A stretch of 42,274 bases of DNA from Octopus sinensis (lineage: Eukaryota): the NCBI RefSeq assembly GCF_006345805.1, contig NW_021835941.1:1-42274 (forward strand). The letters run 5' to 3'. A program made the translations under genes and the position numbers. A model generated the notes under the pieces. That model searched no databases. It worked only from the letters and a program-made list of their open reading frames with translations, and had not been told where the DNA came from. Below are positions 23,733 to 37,197 of the stretch, piece by piece (position 1 is the first letter of the stretch; every line of letters starts with the position of its first letter).

Positions 23733-24530
23733 TGTATGTATGTATGTATGTATGTATGTATGTATGTGTGTGTATGTATGTATGTATGTATGTGTAACAA
23801 AATAGGAAGTTGGAAAATATCATACACACACACGCACACTACAATCTTCATCCGCATGTGATAACAGAAAAAAGAAAACTTTGTACCATTGTGAAATGAA
23901 TATGAGTGTAATGTACAATGTGAGTTAATTAATCATCCATTAATGTACAGTTTCCCCAGTGTGGATCGCATATGTCGTACGCCTTGGACTATCATATGTT
24001 ACCATATAACAGCATACTATAAGTATGGTGGTTCGTCTACATTATGAATAATCCACACAGGTAAAGCAGTACATCAATGATGATTAACAAAATTATTGCA
24101 TTGTTTAGTACACTAATACACGTACATCGATCTATACGTCAAGAAGACGTATACATTTATAAGTAGCGTATCTTACCCAAGACTTTCTCCAGCAAGCCGA
24201 GCACTTTATAAGGTTAAGCTATTTACCGTTATTCCTGCAGGAATCCGATAGCGCACAATTCGCTTATTTACTTTTAATTAATTATCGTTATTGTTTTCGC
24301 TGGTGTTGTTGTGTGGCCCGAAGTTTCATTTCTTGGTTTTATAATAAAACCAAGCCCCGATTTTTTCGTGAACCACGCAAAATGGTTGCTATAAAATAGC
24401 AGGTGCGTGTTTGCATATATTTTTCTCTTCATTAAAAAAAACTTTACAATTACATGAAACTTTAAGCCCAAAATCTGTACCAATTTTCGTAGATATTCTT
24501 CGTGATTTCTACTAATATTAGGACCCTCAG

Positions 24531-24737
24531 AAGGCAGCGAGCTAGCTGAATCGTAAGCATCCGGGCAAGATGCTTGGCGGCATTTGGTCCGCCTTCATGT
24601 TTTACGTTCAAATTCCGCCGAGGCCGATTTTGCCTTTCATCATTCGTGGTCAATAAGTACTAGTTGAGTACTGGAGTCGATATAATCGACTTACTCCCTG
24701 CTCCAAAATTGCTGGACTGGTGCCAAAATTTGAGACC
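24531..24737 (+). mobile_element. SINE family 2, tail B
   Basis: AAGGCAGCGAGCTAGC head, GCCTTTCATC body, CCAAAATTGCTGG tail. Confidence 0.85.
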
Positions 24738-25596
24738 AAAATTATGGTTCCTCAGTGTTGTAATTTCTGTCGTCACTATTGTTGTCATTCTAAGAAAAAT
24801 TGGCGATTCTTCCCAAAAACAACATATATTTTAAATATGAATTACTGGGAGCCCTCGCAAATTTATATCGCTTCCAGGAGGGAGCTGGAGATAATCAAAA
24901 AGTGTCGCCACGAAAACAAATATATCCTAGTTAATCTGAATAACGATATTCATTTCTACACAACGTGAATCATGCTGGACCTAGAAGTCTGTAGATCTTC
25001 ATCCCACAGAATAGACAAACAGGAAGGAAATAAAACAGAACGTGATACCGCGAAAGAAGATGGTGTAGCAACTTGAGCGGATTTTTTAGTTTGCTAGTGA
25101 CTTACTATTCGCCACTAATGGATTATCCCCTGTCAATATGATCCATATCTATAACTCGTGTCCATCCCTCCGGGTTGTACAGATTTGCGCAACAATGACA
25201 AGGAGATTAAATTTCATTGATTGCATTCTAATTGTCTCCCATATTTACTACTACTACAGTTAAAACATTCCCCACCCACAAGAGGATTTTAGCCACGTAT
25301 TGCATAGATATTATATGCATGGCACAAAATAGTCCATGTTTTATAAATATTGTTTCACGGTCCCTAGAGCATTATGCATATAAAAATAATCATATTCATG
25401 TATGTAGATATATGCAATAATATAATGTTATGCTTTGGGAGGGTCATATTTTGTGAGTTAAACACACACACTGTATGTTTGGCCTTCATTTCAGCTTTAT
25501 TATTATTATTATTATTGATTCATTGTCAAAGCTATATATATATATATATATATATACATATAGCAGTAGTAGTAGTTTTAGTAGTAGTAGTTGTAA

Positions 25597-25628
<32 letters not shown>

Positions 25629-25687
25629 TAATAGTAGTAGTAGAAGTGCTGGTAGTGGTAGTGCTGGTGGTGGTATTATTATTAGTT

Positions 25688-25729
<42 letters not shown>

Positions 25730-26849
25730 TATGTAACGAAGCATGATTAAGACGTTCACCTATCCATGTTTGGGGGCCTCTTTGATACGAAACATCATCA
25801 GAATGCTTAAATGTCATGGCGGTGCCGAGGAGTAGTGATGGTGATGCTAGTGGCTGTGGCGATGGTGGAGGTGGTGGTGATGGCGGCGGCGGCGGTGGCG
25901 TCGATGTTGGTGGTGATGACGGAGGTGGCCGGCGTGGAGGTGGTGGTGACGGTTACGGTGTTAGTAATGATGGTGGTGGTGGTGGTGGCATTGATGTTGT
26001 TCTTGGTGGTGGTGTTGGTGATCGCCGCCGTGGTTGATGAAGTCGTAGTTGTAGTGATGATGGCAGTATTGGCATCGAAAGAGTTGAGGGTGGGGCTTGC
26101 TGCTGCTGCTGCTGCTGATGATGATGATGACGATGATGATGATGATGATGATGCCGGCGCTGGTGGTATGTTGGGGCTGGTGGTGGTGTGTTGTGCGCCA
26201 CGGGAGGCAACAATTTCAATGTAACTAAGCAGAAAGCGGTGCCTTTGCTCAGTCAGCCAATAAAGAGGATTTAGATCTGCAATTGTTAGTTAGAAGAAAG
26301 CGATAATAAAGTATTAATTATGTAAAGTAATTGAAAACAATTAAGTGAAAGGCCATTAAAACTTATGCAGTCAGATTGTCAAGCCACGAGGGAGGAATGA
26401 GCGCTCGACTGGTGGCGCCCACTGGTGCATAGCTGGTTAATTAAGGGCAGAGAATATATGAGTAATGTATGCGCTTGCATTGGGAGGGAGAAAAATGTGA
26501 AGAAGAAGAAGAAATAAAGAAAGAAAGAAAGAAAGAAATGAAAAGAAAAATTGAAGAGCGATGAAAGAGTGATGAAAGGAAGAAACTATGCGATGAGGAA
26601 AGACAAATAATTAGATAAAATAAGATAAAAATAATGATGGTTAGGAAGAATGAAAAAAAAATGTTCGTTATGAAATGATTTCGCGCTTGTCAAACCAACA
26701 ATTTATTTCTGTTTGTGTAAAAATATTCTTCTTTTTCTTATTGTTGTTGTGTTTGTTGGAGATTAATCTCAGGTCAATCCTGATCCAGCAGACAAATGAT
26801 TAAAGGCACTTTAGCCATGATTATCCCATCGTCACCATCGTCACCGTTG

Positions 26850-26883
<34 letters not shown>

Positions 26884-26925
26884 TATCATCGTCGTCGTCG
26901 TCGTCGTCATCATCATCACCGTCAT

Positions 26926-26926
26926 A

Positions 26927-26995
<69 letters not shown>

Positions 26996-27445
26996 GTTGT
27001 TGTTGTTGTTGTTATTATTATTATTATTATTGAGTGAGAGAGCAGTGCATGCCATCAAAGTGACACTGGGGTACAAATATACGAAGCCCAGCATATCCAT
27101 CATGACCACCCGTCTGATGAGAGTACACCAAGCGCATGCATCACAACATGCGCGCGACACGGTGATCCTATATCAAGATAAGCAGCGCACGACCTTGCAG
27201 GTGGGGCTCACAATTTTCTTCAGGTTGAGTAGTCCAAGTCCTGAATAAGGGTCGTTTAAGGATGATGAACAAAACATCCATGTTTCCAGAGGTGAATTAT
27301 TCAAACCCCACATAATTCCTCTCAACACATGGCTATGATGCTCCCCCACTACTTCTACTGATCATCAGAGATGCACCTATCGTCAGCCACTAAGGGACAT
27401 GCTCAACCGGTTAAGGTCAAACAACTGACATGTAAATCTGTGGTA
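26926..27445 (-). mobile_element. Unclassified non-coding segment (about 410 bp) ending in an (AAT)n tail; probable retroposon 3' region
   Basis: Complex sequence running on the minus strand into a long (AAT)n/(AAC)n tract, directly downstream of the R4-like ORF fragment. Confidence 0.5.
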
Positions 27446-27812
27446 TCTGAGAGCAGATCTTACATCTTCTACCTTGATACCTTCCCACTTTTGCTCCTCT
27501 AAGGAGTCCAAGTCTGTAGATATTCTATCAATCCAGGAGACTTTTCGTTGTGTGTTTTTTCTTCTGCCTAAATTTTATTCCAAAATTCTTGCACTTCTTT
27601 TTATGGTACAGACTTTAGAGTAACTATCTTCCTGTAAAATTTTTTGGGGTTATTTTTTAACATGTTGTTGTCCTTGAAGAATCTAACGCGCTTTTCATAC
27701 CTCGCCATGCGGGCAGCTTTAGCAGATTCCTTTTGCTTCATGGTTTCTATGGTGGCATCAATATCAAGTATAGTTTTCATAAAATATTTTTTCTTTAATT
27801 TTTGGGTCGAAA
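27445..27812 (-). pseudogene. R4/Dong-clade non-LTR retrotransposon ORF fragment (pre-RT region)
   Basis: KQKESAKAARMARYEKRVRFFKDNNMLKNNPKKFYRKI...KEVQEFWNKI*AEEKTHNE / WIDR...EQKWEGIKVEDVRSALR resembles the region just upstream of RT in R4-clade elements (recognition, not a database hit). Confidence 0.65.
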
Positions 27813-27843
27813 GAGATGAAAATTTGACGGCGCCAATCTGACG

Positions 27844-28802
27844 TCATTCGAGTTCTTGAATTGCTGCTTTGGTCATTTTGGCAATGTGAGAACGGGATTT
27901 GTCGTGTTGTAGAAGAACGCCATTCCGCTTATTCAGTCTGATATGCTGAGCTGCTTCGTTGAGTTGGTGCAGTTGTTGAACGTAGAGGTCTGCATTGAGT
28001 GTTTGGTTGCGCTCAAGCAGTTTGAAATGAATTATGCCTTCCCAGTCCCACCATACACACAACATGGTCTTTCGAGGATGAAGGTCTTGTTTTACTTGCA
28101 GTGTTGCTTGTCTGTCGACGCTGAGCCATTCTTTTCGTTGCTTCGCTTTGACGTAAAAACACAATTTTTCATCGCCAGTGACAATGCGGTAAAGAAAACG
28201 CAGTTTGTGACCATGTGTTGAGTGATGTCGAGCGAGCAACTGGCGGCGATTGTGGATTTTTATTGTTTTCGGTCAAAGTGTGTAGCACCCAAGCGCCAAG
28301 TTTCTGAGCCTTGCCCATTGAGTGAGGTGGCTCACCACAGTTCTTTTTTTCATTGCAATCCATCCGCAGTGCCAATTCTGTGGTCGTTTGACGTGGATTT
28401 TCGTGAAGAAGTTGATTCAATCCCTCTTCATCGAACTCAATTGGTCGACCGGTGTGTAATCTGTCCTTGAGATCAAAATTACCATTTTCGAAGCGCGAAG
28501 ACCAACGGCGGGCGGTACTTTGAGGCATTGCTTCTTCTCCATACACAGCACAAATCGCACAAGTATGTTCGGCGGCCTTAACACCTCGATTAAATGCAAA
28601 ACGCAAATGGTGTCGGAAATGCTCAGTTTTGTCCACTTGACATTCCATTCTAATGATCTGAAAATACACAAATATCAATGAAATCAAAATATTAAAACAT
28701 ACTATCTTATAGGGCAAAATATTCTCTTTTAAATAACATCAAACATTTTGCCAATGCGCTTTTAAATTTGAAAAAAAAAATAACGCTCATGAATTATTCC
28801 TA
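27844..28802 (-). mobile_element. Mariner transposon, 3'-truncated, frameshifted transposase (ATG at 28648)
   Basis: MECQVDKTEHFRHHL..., GAWVLH (WVPHEL-like), IVTGDEK, MLCVWWD, LLQHD. Breaks off before YSPDLAP, so the triad spacing cannot be counted. TA + TTAGG terminus at 28802. Confidence 0.92.
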
Positions 28803-28822
28803 ATATATATTATATGTATATA

Positions 28823-29003
28823 GGGAGAGTTCACGAAAAAAACAAAAGACGAAGACAGGTGGTGTACAAAACAAACAGATGTATTAGTATAACGCTCAGG
28901 AATTGAAAAAGTCTTTTAGGTTCGAGCCTACGCTCTTCTACAGAAAGGGACACAGAAAAAACAAGGAGAGAAAAAATGTGTGTAGTGGCTAACGATCTAT
29001 CAT
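28823..29003 (-). mobile_element. Family A HHR-bearing repeat (motif at 28913-28947, GAAA box damaged)
   Basis: CTTT-CTGTAGA-A-GAGC(GTAG)GCTC-GAACCTA-AAAG. Ends on a TA tract. Confidence 0.85.
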
Positions 29004-29685
29004 GGGGGTATTATGTATGTATGTATGTATGTATGTATGTATGTATGTATGTATGTATGTATGTATGTATGTATGTATGTATGTATTTATGTATGTATGT
29101 ATGTATGTATTTATGTAGACACACACATACACACATACATACAGTAAGCTGAAATTTTTAAGTGAGTAGGTTGTTATTATAGCACCCGTTTTTTTTCATA
29201 AAGTCTAACACTGTTTTTTCGTGCTTCTTATTATTTTAAATTTATTTATCAAGCGAGTGATTGCTATTAGATAAATAAATGATAGAAAAGGAAATTAGAT
29301 GTAAGATAGAAAACTTACACAAACCGGAAATCAGATTTATAAATATTATTTAGCGATCAGCAGAAAAACACGCATTTGAAATTTGCTAAAGGGATAGTCT
29401 TAGTAAAATGTAATTTTCAAGAGAGAGAGAGCGGCATAATTTGGGAAAAAAAAGTCAGAGGTGACATTGTTAGTATGGCCGTTTGTTATGCTATAGAATG
29501 ATCCTCGCTATATATCCATAAGATGATAACATAAAGGAAGAGAGTAAAAGAATAAGAAAGAGAGTTGGAAAGTTGGAAAGAGAAAGGAAAAAAGAGACAT
29601 AAAAATTCATATTTCAACTTTCCGAAGAAACCAAAACGTGAGTCCTTGGGTGTAATTCTGCGTATATTTTTTATTTATTTTATGC

Positions 29686-29984
29686 GCCCTTTTCAAGCCT
29701 AGCCAGCCTCATTGGCCCGGTTTCCCGGTTTCTATGGCGTAAGTGTTCGCCCCAGCTGGACGGGGCGCCAGTCCATCGCAGCGTTACTCAAGAATCAGGA
29801 AGAAAGAGTGAGAGAAAGTTGGGGCGGAAGAGTATAACAGAGGTTGCCACCACCCCCAGTCGGAGCCGAGTAGAGCTTTAGGTGTTTTCGCTCAGTAAAC
29901 ACACAACGCCTGGTATGGGAATCGAAAGCGCGATCCTTCGATCGCGAGTCCGCCGCCCTAACCCCTGGGCCATTCCGCCTCCAC
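29686..29984 (-). mobile_element. tRNA-derived SINE family 4 (V-domain-like)
   Basis: tRNA-like head and GCGATGGACTGGCGCCCCGTCCAG at about 29755-29779, resembling the V-SINE conserved domain. Confidence 0.75.
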
Positions 29985-30004
29985 GATTGTGCGTATATCC
30001 ATGA

Positions 30005-30334
30005 GTATTTAATCGACTTATTTAATAAACCCCGAAAGGATGAAAGGCAAAGTCGACCTCGGCAGAATTTGAACTCAGAACGTAGCGGTAGAGGAAATAC
30101 CTATTTGTTTACTACCCACAAGGAGCTAAACACAGAGAGGACAAATAAGGACAGACAAACGGATTAAATCGATTACATCAACCCCAGTGCGTAACTGGTA
30201 CTTAATTTATCGACCCCGAAAGGATAAAAGGCAAAGTCGACCTCGGCGGAATTTGAACTCGGAACGTAACGGCAGACGAAATACCGCTAAACATTTCGCC
30301 CGGCGTGCTAACGTTTCTGCCAACTCGCCGCCTT
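30005..30334 (-). mobile_element. SINE family 2 head-to-tail dimer
   Basis: A full tail-A unit is fused at GGTATTTC (about 30094-30101) to a second, headless unit. Confidence 0.85.
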
Positions 30335-30977
30335 GAAAATAAGCAAATAACAGCAAAAGGATGTACCCACCACAGCAACAGCAACAAGAAGAGCAAGAAC
30401 GACAACAACAAGAGCAGAAGCAACAGCAACAACAACAACAATAACAAGATTTGTAAGGATAAATATGAAAAGAGTATTTTTACTTAAACAACAATATTAT
30501 CGGCATAAAACAAAAACAGCAAAAACAGAAATAAAAAAAAACATTTGAAACGAGAATAAAATAACAACGCGAGAATATAAACAAGAGCATTATTAACAAA
30601 ATTAACATTATCAACAACAACAACAACAACAACATCTGCAAGCAGGATGTAAGAACAATAACTTTACAAAATCAAACATATTATCAAAAGAAAAAAAAAA
30701 CACATTATTATTAACGGCATAAGCGACAACAACAAAAAGCAATATTGTTATTAATGGCATAAGCGACAAAACAAGAACCACAACAACAACAACAACAAAA
30801 AATGCCCTTATAAGCAATTGTATATTGTTACGATATTATCACTGCCTACGCTGGTATTACAGCTGTTACTGATAATGTTTTTATTAACGAAACAACAGCA
30901 ATGATATCAAAGCTGTGTGTATATCAATGATAATATGATCGTTACGTAAAAGGAAAGAAAAAATATATATATCTGTG

Positions 30978-31009
<32 letters not shown>

Positions 31010-31314
31010 GAACGAAGTCATCGATCTAATGAGATCTTTCCTCACAGAGTGTTAACTCTCTTACGCAATGGATGTTTACAATTGTATATGCATCAACTCT
31101 CTCTCTCTAATACACTAAAGGAGGAGATCAGAATTCGTGTGTATATATATGTATATATACATGTGTGTGTATATATATGTATATATACATGTGTGTGTAT
31201 ATATATGTATATATACATGTGTGTGTGTGTTTATGTTCCTTGCAGTATCCTGTTTGAGGGTGAGTTCCTCTATGTGTGTAGTGTGTATGCTTGTTCCTCG
31301 AGTCTCCTCAGTAA

Positions 31315-31345
<31 letters not shown>

Positions 31346-31443
31346 CCCACACACACACACCATATATATATATATAATACACACAAACACACATATATAT
31401 ATATATATACACACAACCCACACTATATATATAATATATATAT

Positions 31444-31476
<33 letters not shown>

Positions 31477-31537
31477 CACACCACACACATATATAATATA
31501 TATAACACACACCACACAAGCACATATATATATATAT

Positions 31538-31572
<35 letters not shown>

Positions 31573-31856
31573 CACCACACACACATATATATATTATAGT
31601 ACACACAACACACACATATATATATATATATATATACACCACATATGTATGTATATATATATATATATTATATATATATATTATATATATATATATATAT
31701 ACATACATATGGTATATGCCTAATTGTGCGTGTAAGCACACCTGCATATATATACGAAATGATATAAGTAATATTATATTATGCACATGCGCATAAAGCA
31801 CGCACAAATACATAAATACAAAACACACGCATATATGAATGTGAGTGCGCGCGTGT

Positions 31857-31894
<38 letters not shown>

Positions 31895-31984
31895 GTCTGC
31901 ACGGGGACTTCCTACATACATAACTATACACATTCTCACATTCCATTACACACGTAGGGGTTCGATTCAACATGCAAAACAATG

Positions 31985-32021
<37 letters not shown>

Positions 32022-32486
32022 ATATATATATATATATATATTATTATTCTTATATATATCTATATATATATATATATATAGTTATTAGGCTTTCATCAAT
32101 ATAGCGTATCAATAAGTGTGTGTGTATCATTCATATGCTTATTTAGATGTGAATGTAGCGTAAAATTAACAAGCAGATCGAAACGACCTCTGCACCTGAG
32201 CGCAACTTAATGTTAAAAGCGATTCCATGGAAAACATGCTTGACTCATCCAGTTGACGAAATATTTTCTTCTTCTTTTTCATGTCTCTAGCAGCGATTGA
32301 TTTTTAAAAATCACTCGTTATTATACATACATATATAATATATATAAATATGGATATATATATATATATATATATATTATAGATATATTATATATATAAT
32401 ATATCTATATATGTAGATAGATGTAGACAGATAGATGTCAGTGTGTGGATGCATATATACGCATATATATGTATGTAGATATGGGT

Positions 32487-32527
<41 letters not shown>

Positions 32528-32655
32528 CTTGATATTTCTTCCATATATTTTTACATTGCACTTTAATTTTGCATTTAATGCATTTGCAGATTTACAGCAT
32601 TTACTAGAAATTATGTAAAATATATTTGTTATGCATTCATAAACATACATAATAC

Positions 32656-32686
<31 letters not shown>

Positions 32687-33394
32687 CACACAAAAACGTA
32701 CATATGTGTGTATTCATACATATATATACATATACAAAAGCATATATATGTTTGTCTGTCTGTATATTTATACATGTATTATATATATATATTAATTATA
32801 TATATAGTATATATGTGTTGTGTGTGTGTTGTGTATGTATGGTATGGGTGTATATATATGTATATATATTCTGTTGGCGAATTACTTGTAGTGTTTGACA
32901 TTTGATGCGTGGTTCTGTTGTTTTTACTAAATTACATGAGTTTGCGGTTAATATGCAAGTGTGTATATAACGATGCATATATGTCTATGTATGTAAATAT
33001 GAATGTATTTCTGAGCGTATATTTTTCAGGTTTAACAATCGTTGCAAATGTCCATCAATTATATATACTTATACATGCATACATACATACATTCATGTAT
33101 ACATACATACATTCATGCATACATGTTTAGATATATATACATATGCATACATACATACACACACACACACACACATACTATATATATATATATTACATAC
33201 ATATATATATGTACATATATACATAGATATATTACATACGAACATACACATACATATATATATACTATATATAATACGTATTTTATATATATGGGAAGTG
33301 CCTATATATGTATGCATGCATGTTGTTTGTATCTATGTATATGTCATCTATCTATCGAGATATATATATATATATCGATATAGTATTATATATA

Positions 33395-33449
<55 letters not shown>

Positions 33450-33550
33450 ATATATATATATATATTATATATATATATATATATATACATATATGTATCA
33501 ATTTTTAAATGTGTATGTGTATGTACATACACTCATACACCCACATATAT

Positions 33551-33584
<34 letters not shown>

Positions 33585-34089
33585 ATTGCTATACATGATA
33601 CACACATACACACATATACAAATACGCCCACATATATGTACATATGTACGCATGTATATACGTAGATAATGTAATATAAAATTGGATATGTTGCCACGTA
33701 AATCGCATCAGTTATTTGGTACAATCGTCTCCGTTCTTCTGTTCTCTTTTATCCAATAATTTTAATATCATATTTCTGTTCAATTTCTTTACCAATTTCC
33801 ACACATGGTTTTCTATATAGCATTTTCCCAGAGTAGTTATTTACCATATTTCATGAAGTTTTTTTTTTTTTTACTATTATTGGGTTTTTTTCCTTCCGTT
33901 TGTCCATAGATACTTCCTGGTTTGGCGATTCACAAATCTGCATTAAACTAGAAAAGTACCGCCAGGAACGGGTCAGTGAGAAACAGAGTTTCCCCCCCAC
34001 ACAGACACACACCACACCTTACGCACAAACACACACACAGCACTCACATTTACACCCACGAGCAAAGACGCTCGTGCACATATATAATC

Positions 34090-34133
<44 letters not shown>

Positions 34134-34383
34134 TCTCTCAATATAATATAATATTATAAGTCTCGAGGTAGATAGACAGACACACAGATAGAAAGATAGA
34201 CAGACAAACAGATAGAAAGATAGACAGACAAACATATAGAAAGATAGACAGACAAACAGATAGATAAATAGATAGATTGACAGACAGACACACAGACATG
34301 CAGACAGACAGACAGACACACAGACAGATAGATAGAAAGATAGATAGATAGATAGATATATAGATAGATAGATTGATGATAGA

Positions 34384-34477
<94 letters not shown>

Positions 34478-34521
34478 TATAGATAGCCAGACAGACAACA
34501 GTCAAATAGATAGATAGATAT

Positions 34522-35540
34522 GTTTCTTTATTAGCCACACAGGGCTGAACACAGAGGGGACAAATTACAAAGTAGAGTTTTTCTTTTTAGGGAGAAAAAA
34601 TAAGTCATGTAGGTTTTCGATCAAAAGGGATCGTAAAAAGGAAAGAAAAAAACGATCAATAGGGATCGTGTATCACAGAAATGTAATGGTGTAAAGTGTA
34701 AAGTGGGAAGCAGATAAGGTTTATCCGTGGAAAAAGCAACGGTAACCTCGGTCAATAAGATCACATGTTAACACATTTGTTTGCAAGTAAGTAACCCTCT
34801 GTTTAAAATTTTTCCGGGTTCATAGGATTATACTCAAGGTAGCTTCGTCATTCATACGTGCCATCCTTACTACATTCATCCATCTTTTTTTAAAACATTC
34901 ACTAGACAAAACTTGCCTCTCTACTCTCACTTTCCTTTTCAAGTGGTACTTGAAGAAGTAGATGAGAGATTGACCAGAGAGGAAAGTGTTTGTCTCCAAT
35001 CCTTTCAGACGCGTCCAACAGATACATTCTTTCGCCATAGCCACAAGGATGATGAAAATAGCTCTTCCTTCCCGTTTGAAGGAAGGAGGTGTGACAATAT
35101 TGACAATAGACTCGGCTGATAAACCGACTCGTCTCACACGGGACAGCAGTCGGTCAACATAAGACCACAGGTTGGACACTGTACGAGTGCGTGCAGAACG
35201 GTTTCGTCGCTCTGACCGCATCTCGGGCAGGTCGGCCCTGTGTTTTTCGAGCCGTGTCTGTAGAGCTTATCCCGAACGGGTAGCGCTTCTCGATAGCACT
35301 ACAAGGCCAGGGATGTTTGGAAGTTGTCCATAGGTCCCGGCCCAAAAGTCGTCTTGAACAGGCGGGTCAGGTATTCCTTGTCGACGCCCAGGTTCGCGTC
35401 GAGCTCGTCGTCGTACCTCCCTTGCACTAATCTCCTATAGAATACTTTGGTTGTGTTGTAGTCGCTCAAGGTCGACCCGGGATGGCATAGTTGCTCGAGA
35501 GCAACGGGACACTCACGCTGCCATTCGCCCCGCCCGGCCT
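34522..35540 (-). mobile_element. Tx1/L1-clade LINE, 5'-truncated: ORF2 C-terminus with zf-RVT plus 3' UTR
   Basis: ALPVRDKLYRHG...TCPRCGQSDETVLHALVQCP (C-x2-C-x8-H-x4-C), then a frameshift into ORF 34820-35221, then a 3' UTR ending AATAAAGAAAC. Confidence 0.85.
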
Positions 35541-36562
35541 CTTTATATATATATATATATATATATATTAGTAGGGTTTAATGTTATAGAATTATAAATG
35601 CGTTTGATCTGTGCCTACATATGTCTGTGTGTGTGTGTTTATGTGTGATATGAAAGAGGAGAGGGAAAGAGACAAGAAGAGAGATAGAGAGGGAGAGAAT
35701 GAGAGATTTTGTGTTTTGTGTATGCTTTTCCTTGTTTCCATTTATGCAGCTGAAAGCATATCAAATTATCCAATTGGCCTGTATCTCTCTCTCTCTTTAT
35801 CTATCTATCTATTTATATACACACACATATATACATATATATGCTACATATTTAAATGCATAATACATATACACACATATTTATACGTGCGCGTACATTC
35901 ACACATACGTATATTCATACATACATGCATGTATACATGCATACAGACAAACAGACTGATCGACAGATAGCTATAGATGTAAAAACACTCACACGAATCT
36001 ACGCATACACACAGAGTTATTTTTACTGTCGTTCGATCTCTCATCTCTTCTTCCCAATGTTTTAAAGCATGTCCTCGACAGCATCATTTCATCATTAATT
36101 ATGTATTGACCAATAAACTAACGACTAAATAAAACAGTTATATATGTCTGTGTGTATGTGTGCGTCTGTATGTGTGTCTGTGTATCATACTTTTGTTGTG
36201 GCGCCATTTTGTTTCTATTATATTCCTCTATTAGTTTAGAAAACTGCATTATTCTCATCTATTGTTCCTCAAGTAGATATGAAGCAACCAGTTTGCCTCA
36301 CTGTCGCTTGTCACTGTTCGCCATTTGTGAAGTTTTCTATATTTTTAATGCTTTTTTTTTTCATTATTTTCTCTGCGGTCTTTTCTTAATTTCCTTTTCA
36401 TCTTTTTCTCTGTGGTCTCCATTTTGTCTGTCTCCCATCCTGTATTTCTTTCTTTCTTTCTTTCTTTCTTTCTCTCATATTTTATCTGCCTATAAATTTT
36501 TATTGCTTCTTTTTCTTCTTTCTGACCTTCCCACTTCTTTTATCGCTTGGGTTCCTCCCCAA

Positions 36563-36617
<55 letters not shown>

Positions 36618-36699
36618 GTCTATCTATCTATCTGTGTCTTTCTAAACTACGTTCTATCTCTACTTCTAAGTCTCTGCATATCCAATGCTCTGTCGGTCG

Positions 36700-36870
36700 A
36701 CATGTCCATAAAAAAACGATGCGAGCTGTGTTTAACCATAGCCTTACATCCCAACCGGAGTGTACCCTACATTTTACCACAGCTACCCAGCTGTGAATGT
36801 AATCTATTCCTTTCCATAACATTGTTTCCCCCATCCACTGGACATACCCAAACCAACGAGCGAAGCTTTC
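36700..36870 (-). pseudogene. Possible RTE/L2-type LINE C-terminal remnant
   Basis: Only RWFGYVQWMGE resembles the LRWFGHVxRM motif. Confidence 0.3.
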
Positions 36871-36882
36871 ATGCATAATGCA

Positions 36883-37067
36883 AGCCGGACAAAATGCTTA
36901 GCTACGTTTTGTCCGTCTTCACGTTCTAAGTTCAAATTAAGCAGAGGTCGCCTTTGCCTTTCATCCTTTCATAGTTGATAAAATAAATACCAGTTAAGCA
37001 CTGGGGTCGATATAATCGACTCACCCCTCCTCCGAAATTACTAGCCCTGCACAAAAATTTGGGACCA
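36883..37067 (+). mobile_element. SINE family 2, tail B, diverged
   Basis: TTTGCCTTTCATCCTTTC...GGGGTCGATATAATCGAC...CCGAAATTACTAG. Confidence 0.8.
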
Positions 37068-37099
37068 ATATCTCTTCCTTGTTAGAAATGTTAGCTTTT

Positions 37100-37197
37100 T
37101 ATAAGATCATAAAGTCTGTGATGCGGGATTATAAAGTTTTCTAGGATTATAAAAATCTGTGATGCAGGATTATTAAGTTTTCTAGGATTATAAAGTT
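37100..37197. repeat. Minisatellite, about 41-bp unit, about 2.5 copies
   Basis: GGATTATAAAGTTTTCTAGGATTATAAAAATCTGTGATGCA repeated. Confidence 0.75.

Noticed and set aside
24332-24354. 10-bp hairpin CTTGGTTTTA-TAA-TAAAACCAAG
   Set aside because: Short, AT-rich and without context; plausible by chance.
26406-26420. CTCF-like CGACTGGTGGCGCCC
   Set aside because: One base short and mismatched in the core; not supportable without ChIP data.
27114-27120. Canonical CTGATGA boxes (also minus strand near 25794, 27362 and 38416)
   Set aside because: No properly placed stem II plus GAAA follows.
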